From Candidatus Woesearchaeota archaeon (GTDB lineage Archaea > Nanobdellota > Nanobdellia > SCGC-AAA011-G17 > GW2011-AR20): a stretch of DNA of 18,184 nt. This document shows, piece by piece, positions 6,736 through 14,823 of the stretch (position 1 is its first letter; every line of letters starts with the position of its first letter). The notes beneath the pieces are model-generated. The model did no database searches, was not told the origin of the DNA, and saw nothing but the letters and a program-made list of their open reading frames with translations. The stretch spans positions 1 through 18,184 of the forward strand of contig JAGVYY010000044.1 of NCBI GenBank assembly GCA_018303005.1, in the 5' to 3' direction. A program made the position numbers and the translations under genes.

Positions 6736-7128
6736 ATGGAGACAAAAATGACTGATGTAACATATAAGATAGGCGATACTGAAATAGGAATAAAATATAA
6801 AACTGTTCAAATAACTGAACTAAATGGAATTAGACATGAAATTATCGGAGGAGTAACACCAAATATAGATTATGAAATTGCCCAAGAAACAGATGATTAT
6901 GAAGGACATACTTTTCACCCGGTTTTTGTTAAGCCCGGAAATATTAATCATGATGTTGATTTAGAACAAATAGCAAAACCAGATGTTCAAGTTGGTGACA
7001 GATTAGTAGCTAGGGTTTTGAATGGGAATGAAGTGGGAAAAATAATTTTGCTTCCGGGAAGAATAACCAAGATTATTAACAATAACCTTATAGATTATCA
7101 AAATCTAGTGGACAAAATCTACCCTTAG
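6736..7128 (+). CDS. Hypothetical protein (130 aa)
   Basis: Clean ORF with no competing frame. A TTATAAAT box lies upstream at about 6697. I recognise no family. Confidence 0.5.
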   Translation: METKMTDVTYKIGDTEIGIKYKTVQITELNGIRHEIIGGVTPNIDYEIAQETDDYEGHTFHPVFVKPGNINHDVDLEQIAKPDVQVGDRLVARVLNGNEVGKIILLPGRITKIINNNLIDYQNLVDKIYP

Positions 7129-7331
7129 TTGCTTCTTTGAAGTCAGACAACTTATGCAATTTAGAGAAGTTCTAAAAGAGAATTTTAACGAATAATAATG
7201 CGCCTCTTAAATTGCTGTCATATTCTTAAAGGTTATGTGCAAAGATTTATATATTGGTAAAGCTCGCTATTTGTAGAAGATAAGGCTAATAAGCGTATTT
7301 TAGATAAAAAAGCAGAAATGGAGGATTAAAA

Positions 7332-7502
7332 ATGGCTGAACTACTTGTTGTAAGAAGCAAGCTGAAAGATGTTGCTAAAGACATGAATGTTGCTGGAGAT
7401 TTTGCAGAAGCTCTAAGCAAAGAGGTTGAAAGGCTTGTAAAAAGGGCATGTGACAGAGCAAAAGAGAACGGAAGAAGAACTGTTCAATCCAGAGATATAT
7501 AA
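7332..7502 (+). CDS. Small histone-fold-like DNA-binding protein (DUF1931-like), 56 aa
   Basis: Below the ORF-track cutoff. Hand translation gives MAELLVVRSKLKDVAKDMNVAGDFAEALSKEVERLVKRACDRAKENGRRTVQSRDI. It is preceded by a GGAGG Shine-Dalgarno 7 nt upstream and a TTTATATA box at about 7247. The pattern (VSGDF..AL...V..L...A..RAK.NGRKTV..RD) matches short archaeal DUF1931/histone-fold proteins from memory. Confidence 0.55.
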   Translation: MAELLVVRSKLKDVAKDMNVAGDFAEALSKEVERLVKRACDRAKENGRRTVQSRDI

Positions 7503-7544
7503 TTATAGATAAGTATTTATTTAACTTATTTCTTTTTATTTTTT

Positions 7545-7934
7545 ATGTCAAAAAGTAAAGGTAGTCGTGTTGAAAGAGAACTTGTGCACATGTTTTTCGA
7601 TCAATCCCATATAGCTGTGAGGATTGCCGGATCGGGCAGTACACCATTACTGGCTTCTGATGTTCTTGCTGGTGTTAATGGAAGGGTTTTGGCTATTGAG
7701 TGTAAATCTGGAAAAGATAAAAGATATATCACAAAAGAACAAATTAATGAGTTAAAGGAGTTTTCTAAAAAATTTGGCGCTGAATCATGGTTAGGTGTTA
7801 GGTTTGACAGAGAAGGATGGTATTTTTTAAGTCTTGAAGATTTGGATAAAAGCAGTACTGGAAATAATTTCGTTGTTGATGTTGATTTGGCTAAGAGGAA
7901 GGGGTTAAATTTTGGTGAATTAATAAGAGATTAA
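7545..7934 (+). CDS. hjc: Holliday junction resolvase Hjc
   Basis: SKGSRVERELVHMF...VRIAGSGS...DVLAG...LAIECKS matches the archaeal Hjc nuclease motifs (KG..ERE, AGSG, D...E.K). Size is 129 aa. Confidence 0.85.
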   Translation: MSKSKGSRVERELVHMFFDQSHIAVRIAGSGSTPLLASDVLAGVNGRVLAIECKSGKDKRYITKEQINELKEFSKKFGAESWLGVRFDREGWYFLSLEDLDKSSTGNNFVVDVDLAKRKGLNFGELIRD

Positions 7935-8668
7935 TCTGTTGCTACATTATTCCATAAATATTTATGATATAATTTATAATTTTCTGCAAGTTCTTTACTT
8001 TCGATAAGAAACCCGAATAAGTCCTTTCCATATAAGAAGTTTACAACTTTATCTCCATAAATACATATTACAGTTGGATTACCACTGAATTCTTTAGGCA
8101 AGAATTTTACTTGTTCAAGTTGCATTGGTTTTGTTTCTTTTTTTAATTCATATCTGAGTATATTAAACCATTTTACTTTTAATTTTATTCTTCTTCTATT
8201 CCAATTATTAAAAAAATAAGGAAATCTTTTTGGAACATATCTCCCAGAACCAATCCAATAAGCTTCTTTATAATTTAACGTGTCTTCCCATATGGCTTTT
8301 ATTCCTTCAATGTTCCTATACACCTCTGCATTAAGTAGTGATTTTTTAAATTTAAACCTTTTTGTGATTTCTGGGATAATTTTCTCAAGTTCTTTTTTTG
8401 TTTTTTCTAAGTTATACTTCTTTTCTTCAATATATCCTATAATTTTTCTTGGATGTGTTATTTGAAAAGATCTCTTTTTATTTTCAGTTATATAAGTTAT
8501 TAGACCTCTTTCAATTAATTTATTTAGAATATCATAAATATTTCTTCTTTCAATGCCTGTTCTTTCATGTATCTTATTTATTGGTGATAATCCCAAATCT
8601 AACAAGGCTGTGTATATTTTTACTTCTCCTTCTGATAAGCCAATCTTTCTAAGTAATTCCAGCTGCAT
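7931..8668 (-). CDS. TrmB-family transcriptional regulator
   Basis: N-terminal winged HTH: LLRKIGLSEGEVKIYTALLDLGLSPINKIHERTGIERRNIYDILNKLIERGLI. A TrmB-like C-terminal domain follows. The start is set to the ATG at 8668 (MQLELL...) rather than the track GTG at 8719. The stop overlaps the hjc stop convergently. Confidence 0.8.
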   Translation of the reverse strand: MQLELLRKIGLSEGEVKIYTALLDLGLSPINKIHERTGIERRNIYDILNKLIERGLITYITENKKRSFQITHPRKIIGYIEEKKYNLEKTKKELEKIIPEITKRFKFKKSLLNAEVYRNIEGIKAIWEDTLNYKEAYWIGSGRYVPKRFPYFFNNWNRRRIKLKVKWFNILRYELKKETKPMQLEQVKFLPKEFSGNPTVICIYGDKVVNFLYGKDLFGFLIESKELAENYKLYHKYLWNNVATD

Positions 8669-8754
8669 CAAGATAACAAAGAGGATATGTTTATAAATAT
8701 GGTGTTCTTGCAATACCACAATACTTTATATATATTAACTATTCTAAAGTGGTT

Positions 8755-9147
8755 ATGGATAATAATTCAATTTTTGAGGCTGGAATAAGAATAGGTTGGA
8801 TAGAGAGTTTCTATAAAACTGTAACAGAAAAAAGTACAGGATTTTTAATAAAAGCAAGAGAAAAACAATTTAACCCTATTGGTGCAGTGTTACTCTCCGG
8901 AGATTACGGAAGCCCAGAAAAGTTTATGCATAAAGCTGAAGCCTATAAATATCAATTGTTACATGCATATCAAGAATATCACTCTATTAAACAAGAATTC
9001 TCTAACTTAGCTTATTTTAATAATGAGGCGGCTAACACGTTTAGATTAGAATTAGAACATCAAAACGGTTTATCTACCATTGATGAAGCAATCTCTGTGT
9101 TAAATGGATATCTAGAAACTGAACGTTCTAGCCAGAAGCGTGTTTAA
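8755..9147 (+). CDS. Hypothetical protein (about 130 aa), first gene of a two-gene operon divergent from TrmB
   Basis: A TTTATATATA box at 8725-8734 lies about 25 nt before the ATG at 8755, suggesting a leaderless transcript. The stop overlaps the next start (TAATG). No family recognised. Confidence 0.5.
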   Translation: MDNNSIFEAGIRIGWIESFYKTVTEKSTGFLIKAREKQFNPIGAVLLSGDYGSPEKFMHKAEAYKYQLLHAYQEYHSIKQEFSNLAYFNNEAANTFRLELEHQNGLSTIDEAISVLNGYLETERSSQKRV

Positions 9148-9920
9148 TGATTATGAATTATAACCTTGTAAAAAAAATCAGTACTTATATTTTAAGTTTT
9201 GTCTTAACTTTTACAGTTCCAACTATCTTACATGCTGATGATATATTAAAAGGACCTATACCTAAGAAATCAAAATTTCAGCTAGATACCAGATTTACTT
9301 ATACAAGAAATGAGAAAGGTATTACAACTTTAACTAATAATATAATAGGAAAATACTGGGAAGGAGATAGATTAGGCAAATGGGTTTTTATTAATGTACC
9401 GTATAAGTCCGTTATAAATGATCAAGAGTCAAGCAATGGTTTCGGTGACATAACTGTTGGTGTTGGTCCTGGAGGAAGAATAAATAACTTACATATATTA
9501 TCTTATTTTGCCTTAACCTTTCCTACTGGAGATTCTAATGAAAGACCTGCTCTAGGCAATGGTAGATATGATAAAAAAATTGGAGTTGTTCATACATTTT
9601 TGACTAATGATAAAGGATTTGAAATTGATACAACTGTGGAATATAATCTTACAGGTGTAAATAACAAAGATATTAATCCTCCGAATGAGTTTTATTTTGG
9701 TTTTATATTTGGTGGTAAAATTAATGAGCGAATAAGATTTGCAACCGGACTTACAGATTTAGTTAAAGCAAATGGAGATTTTTTATTAAATTCTAGATCT
9801 GTTCTAAGATATACATTTTCACCTAAAATACATCTTGAAGCTTTGATTGATCATGGAATTCAAAACCATAATGTTTTAAAATATGATGGACTAAGTTTAT
9901 TTTTAAGGTATAATCTTTAA
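9147..9920 (+). CDS. Secreted beta-rich protein resembling bacterial MetA-pathway/outer-membrane transporter beta-barrels
   Basis: N-terminal signal peptide (KKISTYILSFVLTFTVPTILHA). Alternating hydrophobic/polar strands throughout. Motifs NGFGDITVGVG, FPTGD and LGNGRYD are reminiscent of the Phenol_MetA_deg-type barrel family. This is assigned from memory, not a search. Confidence 0.4.
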   Translation: MIMNYNLVKKISTYILSFVLTFTVPTILHADDILKGPIPKKSKFQLDTRFTYTRNEKGITTLTNNIIGKYWEGDRLGKWVFINVPYKSVINDQESSNGFGDITVGVGPGGRINNLHILSYFALTFPTGDSNERPALGNGRYDKKIGVVHTFLTNDKGFEIDTTVEYNLTGVNNKDINPPNEFYFGFIFGGKINERIRFATGLTDLVKANGDFLLNSRSVLRYTFSPKIHLEALIDHGIQNHNVLKYDGLSLFLRYNL

Positions 9921-9959
9921 TTTAGAAAATCTTTTATTCTACAAAATTATATTATTTTA

Positions 9960-10055
9960 ATGTTTAAATCGGCATTATATTATTTTTTTATTATTTTATT
10001 TTCTTTAAATGTTAGCGATTTAATTGTTATTAATGAAATTATGTATAAAAAATAA
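9960..10055 (+). pseudogene. Possible remnant of the N-terminus of a lamin-tail-domain (LTD) type secreted protein
   Basis: A 31-codon ORF: MFKSALYYFFIILFSLNVSDLIVINEIMYKK, then a stop. A signal peptide followed by (L/V)(I/V)INEIMY is the characteristic start of LTD surface proteins, but the frame ends immediately. Confidence 0.25.
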
Positions 10056-10117
10056 CATTTAGGATTTTACTTTCTGCACAAAGAAAGATTTATAATAGAT
10101 TCTCTTCTGAAACTATT

Positions 10118-10576
10118 GTGGCTGATGAAGGTAAAGTACAAAAGATACTGATTAGGGCTGTGATTGAGATAGCTGGCTTTCCTAAAGAACATATTGAAGC
10201 GACAATGAAAAAATTAATGGAGAATATCAAGGAAAACTTCAATCTGGATAAATATGACATCTTTGAAGCTAATCAGATAGACAAGGTATGGAGCACTTTC
10301 TCTGAAGTCGAGATTTACTTTGATGGTGTTGACAAGGTTATAGGATTTTGCATAGATTATCTGCCAAGCTCTGTTGAGATCCTAGAACCAAAAAATGTCA
10401 ACATTGAAAACTTCAAATTTGCTGATGTAATAAATGATTTAATTGGAAAACTGCACCAATATGAAACTGTTATAAGAAGCTTAAGGGCAAGCAACATCAG
10501 AATGAAGAAAAAGATTGAGGATGAAGGTAAAACTGGAGAGACCGAAACTCAAGATGATACTTCTGAGAGCGATTAA
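10118..10576 (+). CDS. Hypothetical protein with acidic C-terminal tail (152 aa)
   Basis: GTG start about 25 nt after an ATTTATAA box at about 10089, suggesting a leaderless transcript. Clean ORF. No family recognised. Confidence 0.5.
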   Translation: MADEGKVQKILIRAVIEIAGFPKEHIEATMKKLMENIKENFNLDKYDIFEANQIDKVWSTFSEVEIYFDGVDKVIGFCIDYLPSSVEILEPKNVNIENFKFADVINDLIGKLHQYETVIRSLRASNIRMKKKIEDEGKTGETETQDDTSESD

Positions 10577-10883
10577 TCTTGACGAATTTAGAGAATTTCT
10601 TGTATTGAATAATGTCGGTATAGAAAACCTGAACATGAAACAGGATTTTTTATTTAATGTATATAAGAATACTATCTGGGTTGACAACGAAGTCGGCTTG
10701 AAAAGATATAATATCTACAGGATAGCTGACAGCGACAGATCAGTATATTCGGGCATTGTCTTAGGGTTAAAAATCGGGTTCTTCAACAAGGATTTTCAGG
10801 AGAATCCTAATGACATTGGAAAATATTATTGTATTAATCCTGGTGTTAAGGATGTCAAAATTGCATATATTCCAAAAAAATAA
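10554..10883 (+). CDS. Hypothetical protein (about 109 aa; track start 10515 also possible)
   Basis: The ORF overlaps the 3' end of the previous gene. The ATG at 10554 (MILLRAINLDEFREF...) gives a 23-nt overlap, against 62 nt for the start at 10515. No family recognised. Confidence 0.4.
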   Translation: MILLRAINLDEFREFLVLNNVGIENLNMKQDFLFNVYKNTIWVDNEVGLKRYNIYRIADSDRSVYSGIVLGLKIGFFNKDFQENPNDIGKYYCINPGVKDVKIAYIPKK

Positions 10884-10884
10884 G

Positions 10885-11124
10885 TTAGCTACACTTTTCC
10901 AGGCATATTGAGCAGTCATACTTCTTTAGTATTCTGCATGTTTTAATCTCATTGCCTTCATTGTACTGGCAACAAACCTTTAAGTCTGTTTTGTTAAATT
11001 CTATATCTATTGTGTCTTGCAATTCTGCACCGACAGCCCTTGTTTCATTCCTATTTTTGATCAAAATCAAAGATGTTGCAACCAACAATACTATTACTGC
11101 AAGTGCCCATGTTGATGATTTCAT
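10885..11124 (-). CDS. Small secreted or membrane-anchored Cys-rich protein (79 aa, 6 Cys)
   Basis: N-terminal hydrophobic segment WALAVIVLLVATSLILI, then TRAVGA, then a C-terminal CC...C...C..C...C pattern. The start lies 1 nt after the stop of the signal peptidase gene. Confidence 0.5.
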   Translation of the reverse strand: MKSSTWALAVIVLLVATSLILIKNRNETRAVGAELQDTIDIEFNKTDLKVCCQYNEGNEIKTCRILKKYDCSICLEKCS

Positions 11125-11125
11125 T

Positions 11126-11629
11126 TTAGTATATTACTCCTACCAATACGCTCCTTACCCGGCTGAATCTAACTTTTTCAGGATCAGGTTCATTGTTGTT
11201 GTCACCTTTTACAGTATAGTATAAACCTTTTTCATCATTTTTAATACTTATAACCCTATGGATTATTATCTCATTTGTCAGAGTTGATCTGTAGGATATT
11301 ATATCTCCGACCTGGATATCTTCAGCAGATACAGGAGTTATCTGAATTGCATTTGACCCTTTACCGAAAAACGGCTCTTCTGAATGAGTATCTGCAAAAG
11401 ATGCGTATTTGGCATCCTTTATTTGAATAACAACCTTATCAGGATATATTTTTATCTGCTCTTCGCTTATCCTGTCTTTTGGATATGGCTTTGCCCCATA
11501 TACAAATTTGTCAATAACATCATTGAATGGTTTTTCCAAGGTCCTATTATTTGCCTTGTCTATTGCAAGTGCTATGAACAACATTATAACAGCAAATATG
11601 AACACAAACCGTAGTATAATCTTGAACAT
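11126..11629 (-). CDS. S26-family signal peptidase I (Sec11/SipW-like)
   Basis: N-terminal TM segment. Ser motif HSEEP is a variant of SMEP. Other motifs: VGDIISY, IIHRVI (catalytic His) and VKGDNNNEPD (GDNN..D box typical of ER/archaeal-type SPases). Confidence 0.65.
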   Translation of the reverse strand: MFKIILRFVFIFAVIMLFIALAIDKANNRTLEKPFNDVIDKFVYGAKPYPKDRISEEQIKIYPDKVVIQIKDAKYASFADTHSEEPFFGKGSNAIQITPVSAEDIQVGDIISYRSTLTNEIIIHRVISIKNDEKGLYYTVKGDNNNEPDPEKVRFSRVRSVLVGVIY

Positions 11630-11630
11630 C

Positions 11631-13817
11631 TTATTCCCTATTAAGGCCTTCGATAAATTTGTCTAGATTATTGTTTTTCGGGCCTTTTGCGAGAAAGAAT
11701 ACTGCTAATGCTATTGCCAGCAAAATTATAAAAGGAATCAACCATATAAGATATGTCTTTTTGCTTTTTGTTATGCCTGGAGATGAACTGCCTGTAAAAT
11801 TTTCTTTGTTTGTATCTTGCTCTACGATATTATTTTTTTCTGACCCTGCTGTCTTTTGCCTGTCATACAAATCTTGATCTTCAGTGAATGTCATTTTTAT
11901 CGGCAGTTTTGTTTCAGTGAACTCATCAGACATGATTATTAGTTCTCCATCATATATCCCTGTAATGTTCTTGTTTTTATTTATTATCAATCTCTGATGC
12001 TTTATCTCATCCTTACTTATTGAAGTAAACCTGTCTTTCTCGAGTTCTATTACTTCATTTAGGTTTCCTGTTAGCATAAATGTAATGTTGTTTAATTGAT
12101 AATCCCATGTGTTTGTTAGATTAAATTCCTTTATAGCCTGATCTTTCTTTAAGAATATATCATCTATATATTTCCTTTTGCTTAATATAGCTATGGAGTT
12201 TTTTGGCGGCTGGAGCAATGGAGTTATTATATTGTACTGTGTTTTATTGCTCTTATTACTCTGCTCGGTCATGTTTGTCATGTTTACTGTGTTGGATGTT
12301 ATAACAGGTATTACATATGAGTGGTTGCTGTATCTTATTTCTATATTAAAATCTCCCTGATGTTTTGGTATTGCAATTTCAAAGATATTTATGTCTGTCA
12401 GCGTGAATCTTTGAGGCATATCTGTAAAATTTGGCGCAACAACATCGACTGCAACAGGAAGGTCATCCCGGCTCTTCATTATCAGCTTAAATGAATCTTT
12501 TTTATACACTACTCCGGGAAATATTGATATTACTGGATTTTTCCTCTCTGCATTCAGAAAGAAATATAATATCAGCGACGATGTCAAAGGATCTTTTGTT
12601 GTCTGTCTCTCTAAAAAATCCAGTGATTTCTTATACTGTTCTGTATCTTTCAAAGATAATGTCGCGAATATTGACGAATAGACATCAATGTTTTTCTGGC
12701 CTGAAGATGTTTCATATGGCCAGGCATTTGAGTCTGTTATCACATTGGCTAATAACCAGTCTTTAGCATAAGGGTTATTTTTTATTAAATACAACAAGGC
12801 CTGATCAATTGTTTTTTTATCAGATGGATTCTTTTCAAACCAGTCTGTTCTTACTTCCTGGCCAATCTTCTGTAAGACATAGGTTGAGATGCCTGTTGCT
12901 TCGTAATCGCAAGATGATCTGTATTCTTTGCCGAAGCATCCAGTATTGTCTATCATTATGCTAATGTTTTTTATTTCTGCATTATAAGTTATTCTCTCAT
13001 TTCCGAGAAATGAATGTCTTAAAATGACTTTTGTGCTCTGCTGGCAGCTGATGGCCATATCTGGAGATTCAATATCAATTGTCTGCTTACCAGTTACATG
13101 ATAATCTTTATTGTTAACTGCACATTGCGAATTTCCTGAATAAAGGCTTAATGTCCATTTCCCAATGTTGAAGTTGTTCTGGGCATCGAGCAGATAATTT
13201 CTTGTTTTTAATGTCTCTTTGTTAAATTCTTTTAAAGCCAATAATGCAAATGCGGTGTCTTTGATATTGCAATTGTTTTTTGGATAGCATCCTTCTTCAT
13301 CCTGGTTGTTCATTAAATAGTTCAATGCTCTCTGTGCATTCTCGGGATAGACATTTTTCAATGCTAAAGATGCGATGGCTGTTTCACTTATTGTATTAAA
13401 GCCTCCATCTGTATTCTGTTTTGATAACAGGAAATAAAAACCTGAATTAATTTTATTTATATAAATCTCTTTTATTTCAGTCTTTTGTTTTAAGAATCCA
13501 TCTTCAACATACTGGATATTCTTTATCTGAAATTTATACTTATCTTTTTCAACATCCGGGATATTGAAATAAACAAAATAATGCTGGTCTGATAATTTTT
13601 CTATAAAGTATTGCACTGGAATTTCAGTGCTTTCATTTGTTAATTTTAAGTTTTGAATTGAAATCTGGTTTAATGGTTTTATATCTGTTATAATTTCAAC
13701 CTGGACTGTTTCTTTTATTGAGTATGTATCTCTTGGTGTTGTTATCGTTATAGAAGATGCATGAACGCTTATTGTTATAAACAGTAAGAATAAAATATAT
13801 AATAAACTCTTTTTCAT
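11631..13817 (-). CDS. Large surface protein with prenyltransferase/squalene-oxidase-like (alpha/alpha-toroid) repeats and a C-terminal TM anchor
   Basis: Signal peptide MKKSLLYILFLLFITISVHA. Repeats QNTDGGFNTISETAIASLAL / NQDEEGCYPKN..IKDTAFALLAL. C-terminal TM segment YLIWLIPFIILLAIALAVFFLA followed by basic residues. Confidence 0.7.
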   Translation of the reverse strand: MKKSLLYILFLLFITISVHASSITITTPRDTYSIKETVQVEIITDIKPLNQISIQNLKLTNESTEIPVQYFIEKLSDQHYFVYFNIPDVEKDKYKFQIKNIQYVEDGFLKQKTEIKEIYINKINSGFYFLLSKQNTDGGFNTISETAIASLALKNVYPENAQRALNYLMNNQDEEGCYPKNNCNIKDTAFALLALKEFNKETLKTRNYLLDAQNNFNIGKWTLSLYSGNSQCAVNNKDYHVTGKQTIDIESPDMAISCQQSTKVILRHSFLGNERITYNAEIKNISIMIDNTGCFGKEYRSSCDYEATGISTYVLQKIGQEVRTDWFEKNPSDKKTIDQALLYLIKNNPYAKDWLLANVITDSNAWPYETSSGQKNIDVYSSIFATLSLKDTEQYKKSLDFLERQTTKDPLTSSLILYFFLNAERKNPVISIFPGVVYKKDSFKLIMKSRDDLPVAVDVVAPNFTDMPQRFTLTDINIFEIAIPKHQGDFNIEIRYSNHSYVIPVITSNTVNMTNMTEQSNKSNKTQYNIITPLLQPPKNSIAILSKRKYIDDIFLKKDQAIKEFNLTNTWDYQLNNITFMLTGNLNEVIELEKDRFTSISKDEIKHQRLIINKNKNITGIYDGELIIMSDEFTETKLPIKMTFTEDQDLYDRQKTAGSEKNNIVEQDTNKENFTGSSSPGITKSKKTYLIWLIPFIILLAIALAVFFLAKGPKNNNLDKFIEGLNRE

Positions 13818-13946
13818 AAACTTATTGTCTAATACTTGCTTATTAATCTTATTATATGCAAATTTTTTATTTTGTTGAAGGTGAATATAGTAGTTTACTT
13901 TGGTAAACTTATAATAGCTATTTTTAAATCAAGTTATATTTAATTA

Positions 13947-14792
13947 GGTGATTGAAGCATTTTAGCACCAAAAAAGCTTATAATTAAGCTAAACTACGAC
14001 GATTGTAATGAAAAAAGAGTTGTCAGACATGTATTTTTTAGGTAGAAAATGCATAATTTGTAATAGATATGGATTGTACAAATTAAAGAATAGAAGAAGG
14101 GTTAAGTGTAAACACTGCAAGAAGTATTATTCACTAAAAAGGTTAAGAAGAGATCTAGATATTTTATATTACTTCTATCTTGAAGTCTCTGCTAGAAAAA
14201 CAGCTAAAGAAATGGAATTGGATTATGGAGTAGTTCATAGGAGGTTTATGGAATTTAGAAAGCTTATTGCAAACTACTGTAATGAACAAGCAATAAGGTT
14301 AAATGGAAAGATTGAGTTAGATGAAACTTACTTTGGTGGAAAGAGAAAGGGAAAAAGAGGTAGAGGTTCTAAGAATAAAGCTATTGCCTTTGGAATTCTC
14401 GAGAGAAAAGGCAAGGTTTACACTGTTATCATAGAAAATGTTTCAGCAGAAACATTAATGCGGGAAATACAAAATAAAACTAGGAAAGGCTCTGTATTTT
14501 ATACAGATGGTTTTAAGAGTTATGCTAGTTTAAGGCAATATGGAAAGCATGATACTATTGATTATGATTATAGTTATGTAAAAGGTAAAACACATATTAA
14601 TGGAATAGAAGGCTTTTGGAGTTACTCTAAAGAAAGGTTCCATAAGTATCATGGCATTAACAAAAAGAACTATCCATTGTATCTAAAAGAAATGGAATTT
14701 AGGTTTAATAACAGAAAGGAAAATGTTTTAAAGTTATTAGTTGATATATGTATAAGGAGGCGTAGAATTAGTGCCAAATTGCACTAATCACC
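13947..14792 (+). mobile_element. IS1595-family insertion sequence (about 846 bp)
   Basis: Imperfect terminal inverted repeats: GGTGATTGAAGCATTTTAGCAC (13947-13968) and the reverse complement of GTGCCAAATTGCACTAATCACC (14771-14792), about 17/22 matching. They bracket a single transposase ORF whose stop lies inside the right IR. Confidence 0.7.
14008..14787 (+). CDS. IS1595-family (ISXO2-like DDE) transposase
   Basis: N-terminal zinc ribbon (CIIC...CKHC). IELDETYFGG, KRGRG, KAIAFGILER.GKVY, YTDGFKSY and HINGIEGFWSYSKERF..YHGI....YPLYLKEMEFRFNNR are hallmark IS1595 DDE motifs. Confidence 0.85.
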   Translation: MKKELSDMYFLGRKCIICNRYGLYKLKNRRRVKCKHCKKYYSLKRLRRDLDILYYFYLEVSARKTAKEMELDYGVVHRRFMEFRKLIANYCNEQAIRLNGKIELDETYFGGKRKGKRGRGSKNKAIAFGILERKGKVYTVIIENVSAETLMREIQNKTRKGSVFYTDGFKSYASLRQYGKHDTIDYDYSYVKGKTHINGIEGFWSYSKERFHKYHGINKKNYPLYLKEMEFRFNNRKENVLKLLVDICIRRRRISAKLH

Positions 14793-14823
14793 CAAATTAA
14801 TTGTGAAAGAAAAAATTAGAATA

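Noticed and set aside
8280-8652. Track ORFs 8280-8465 (+) and 8449-8652 (+)
   Set aside because: They are antisense to the TrmB regulator gene, and their products are F/L/S-rich low-complexity sequences.
10481-12766. Track ORFs 10481-10687 (-), 10952-11224 (+), 11384-11614 (+), 11659-11877 (+), 12178-12360 (+) and 12491-12766 (+)
   Set aside because: Each is embedded antisense in a longer ORF with better coding character (the surface protein, the signal peptidase, the Cys-rich protein, or the hypothetical pair).
13893-13908. Perfect palindrome GTTTAC-TTTG-GTAAAC upstream of the surface-protein operon, as an operator
   Set aside because: It is a single short occurrence with no second copy or associated regulator in the window, which is too weak for a feature call.
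13939-14800. 8-bp target-site duplication flanking the IS1595 element
   Set aside because: The flanks (TTTAATTA left, CAAATTAA right) are not identical. Their similarity is what AT-rich DNA would give by chance.
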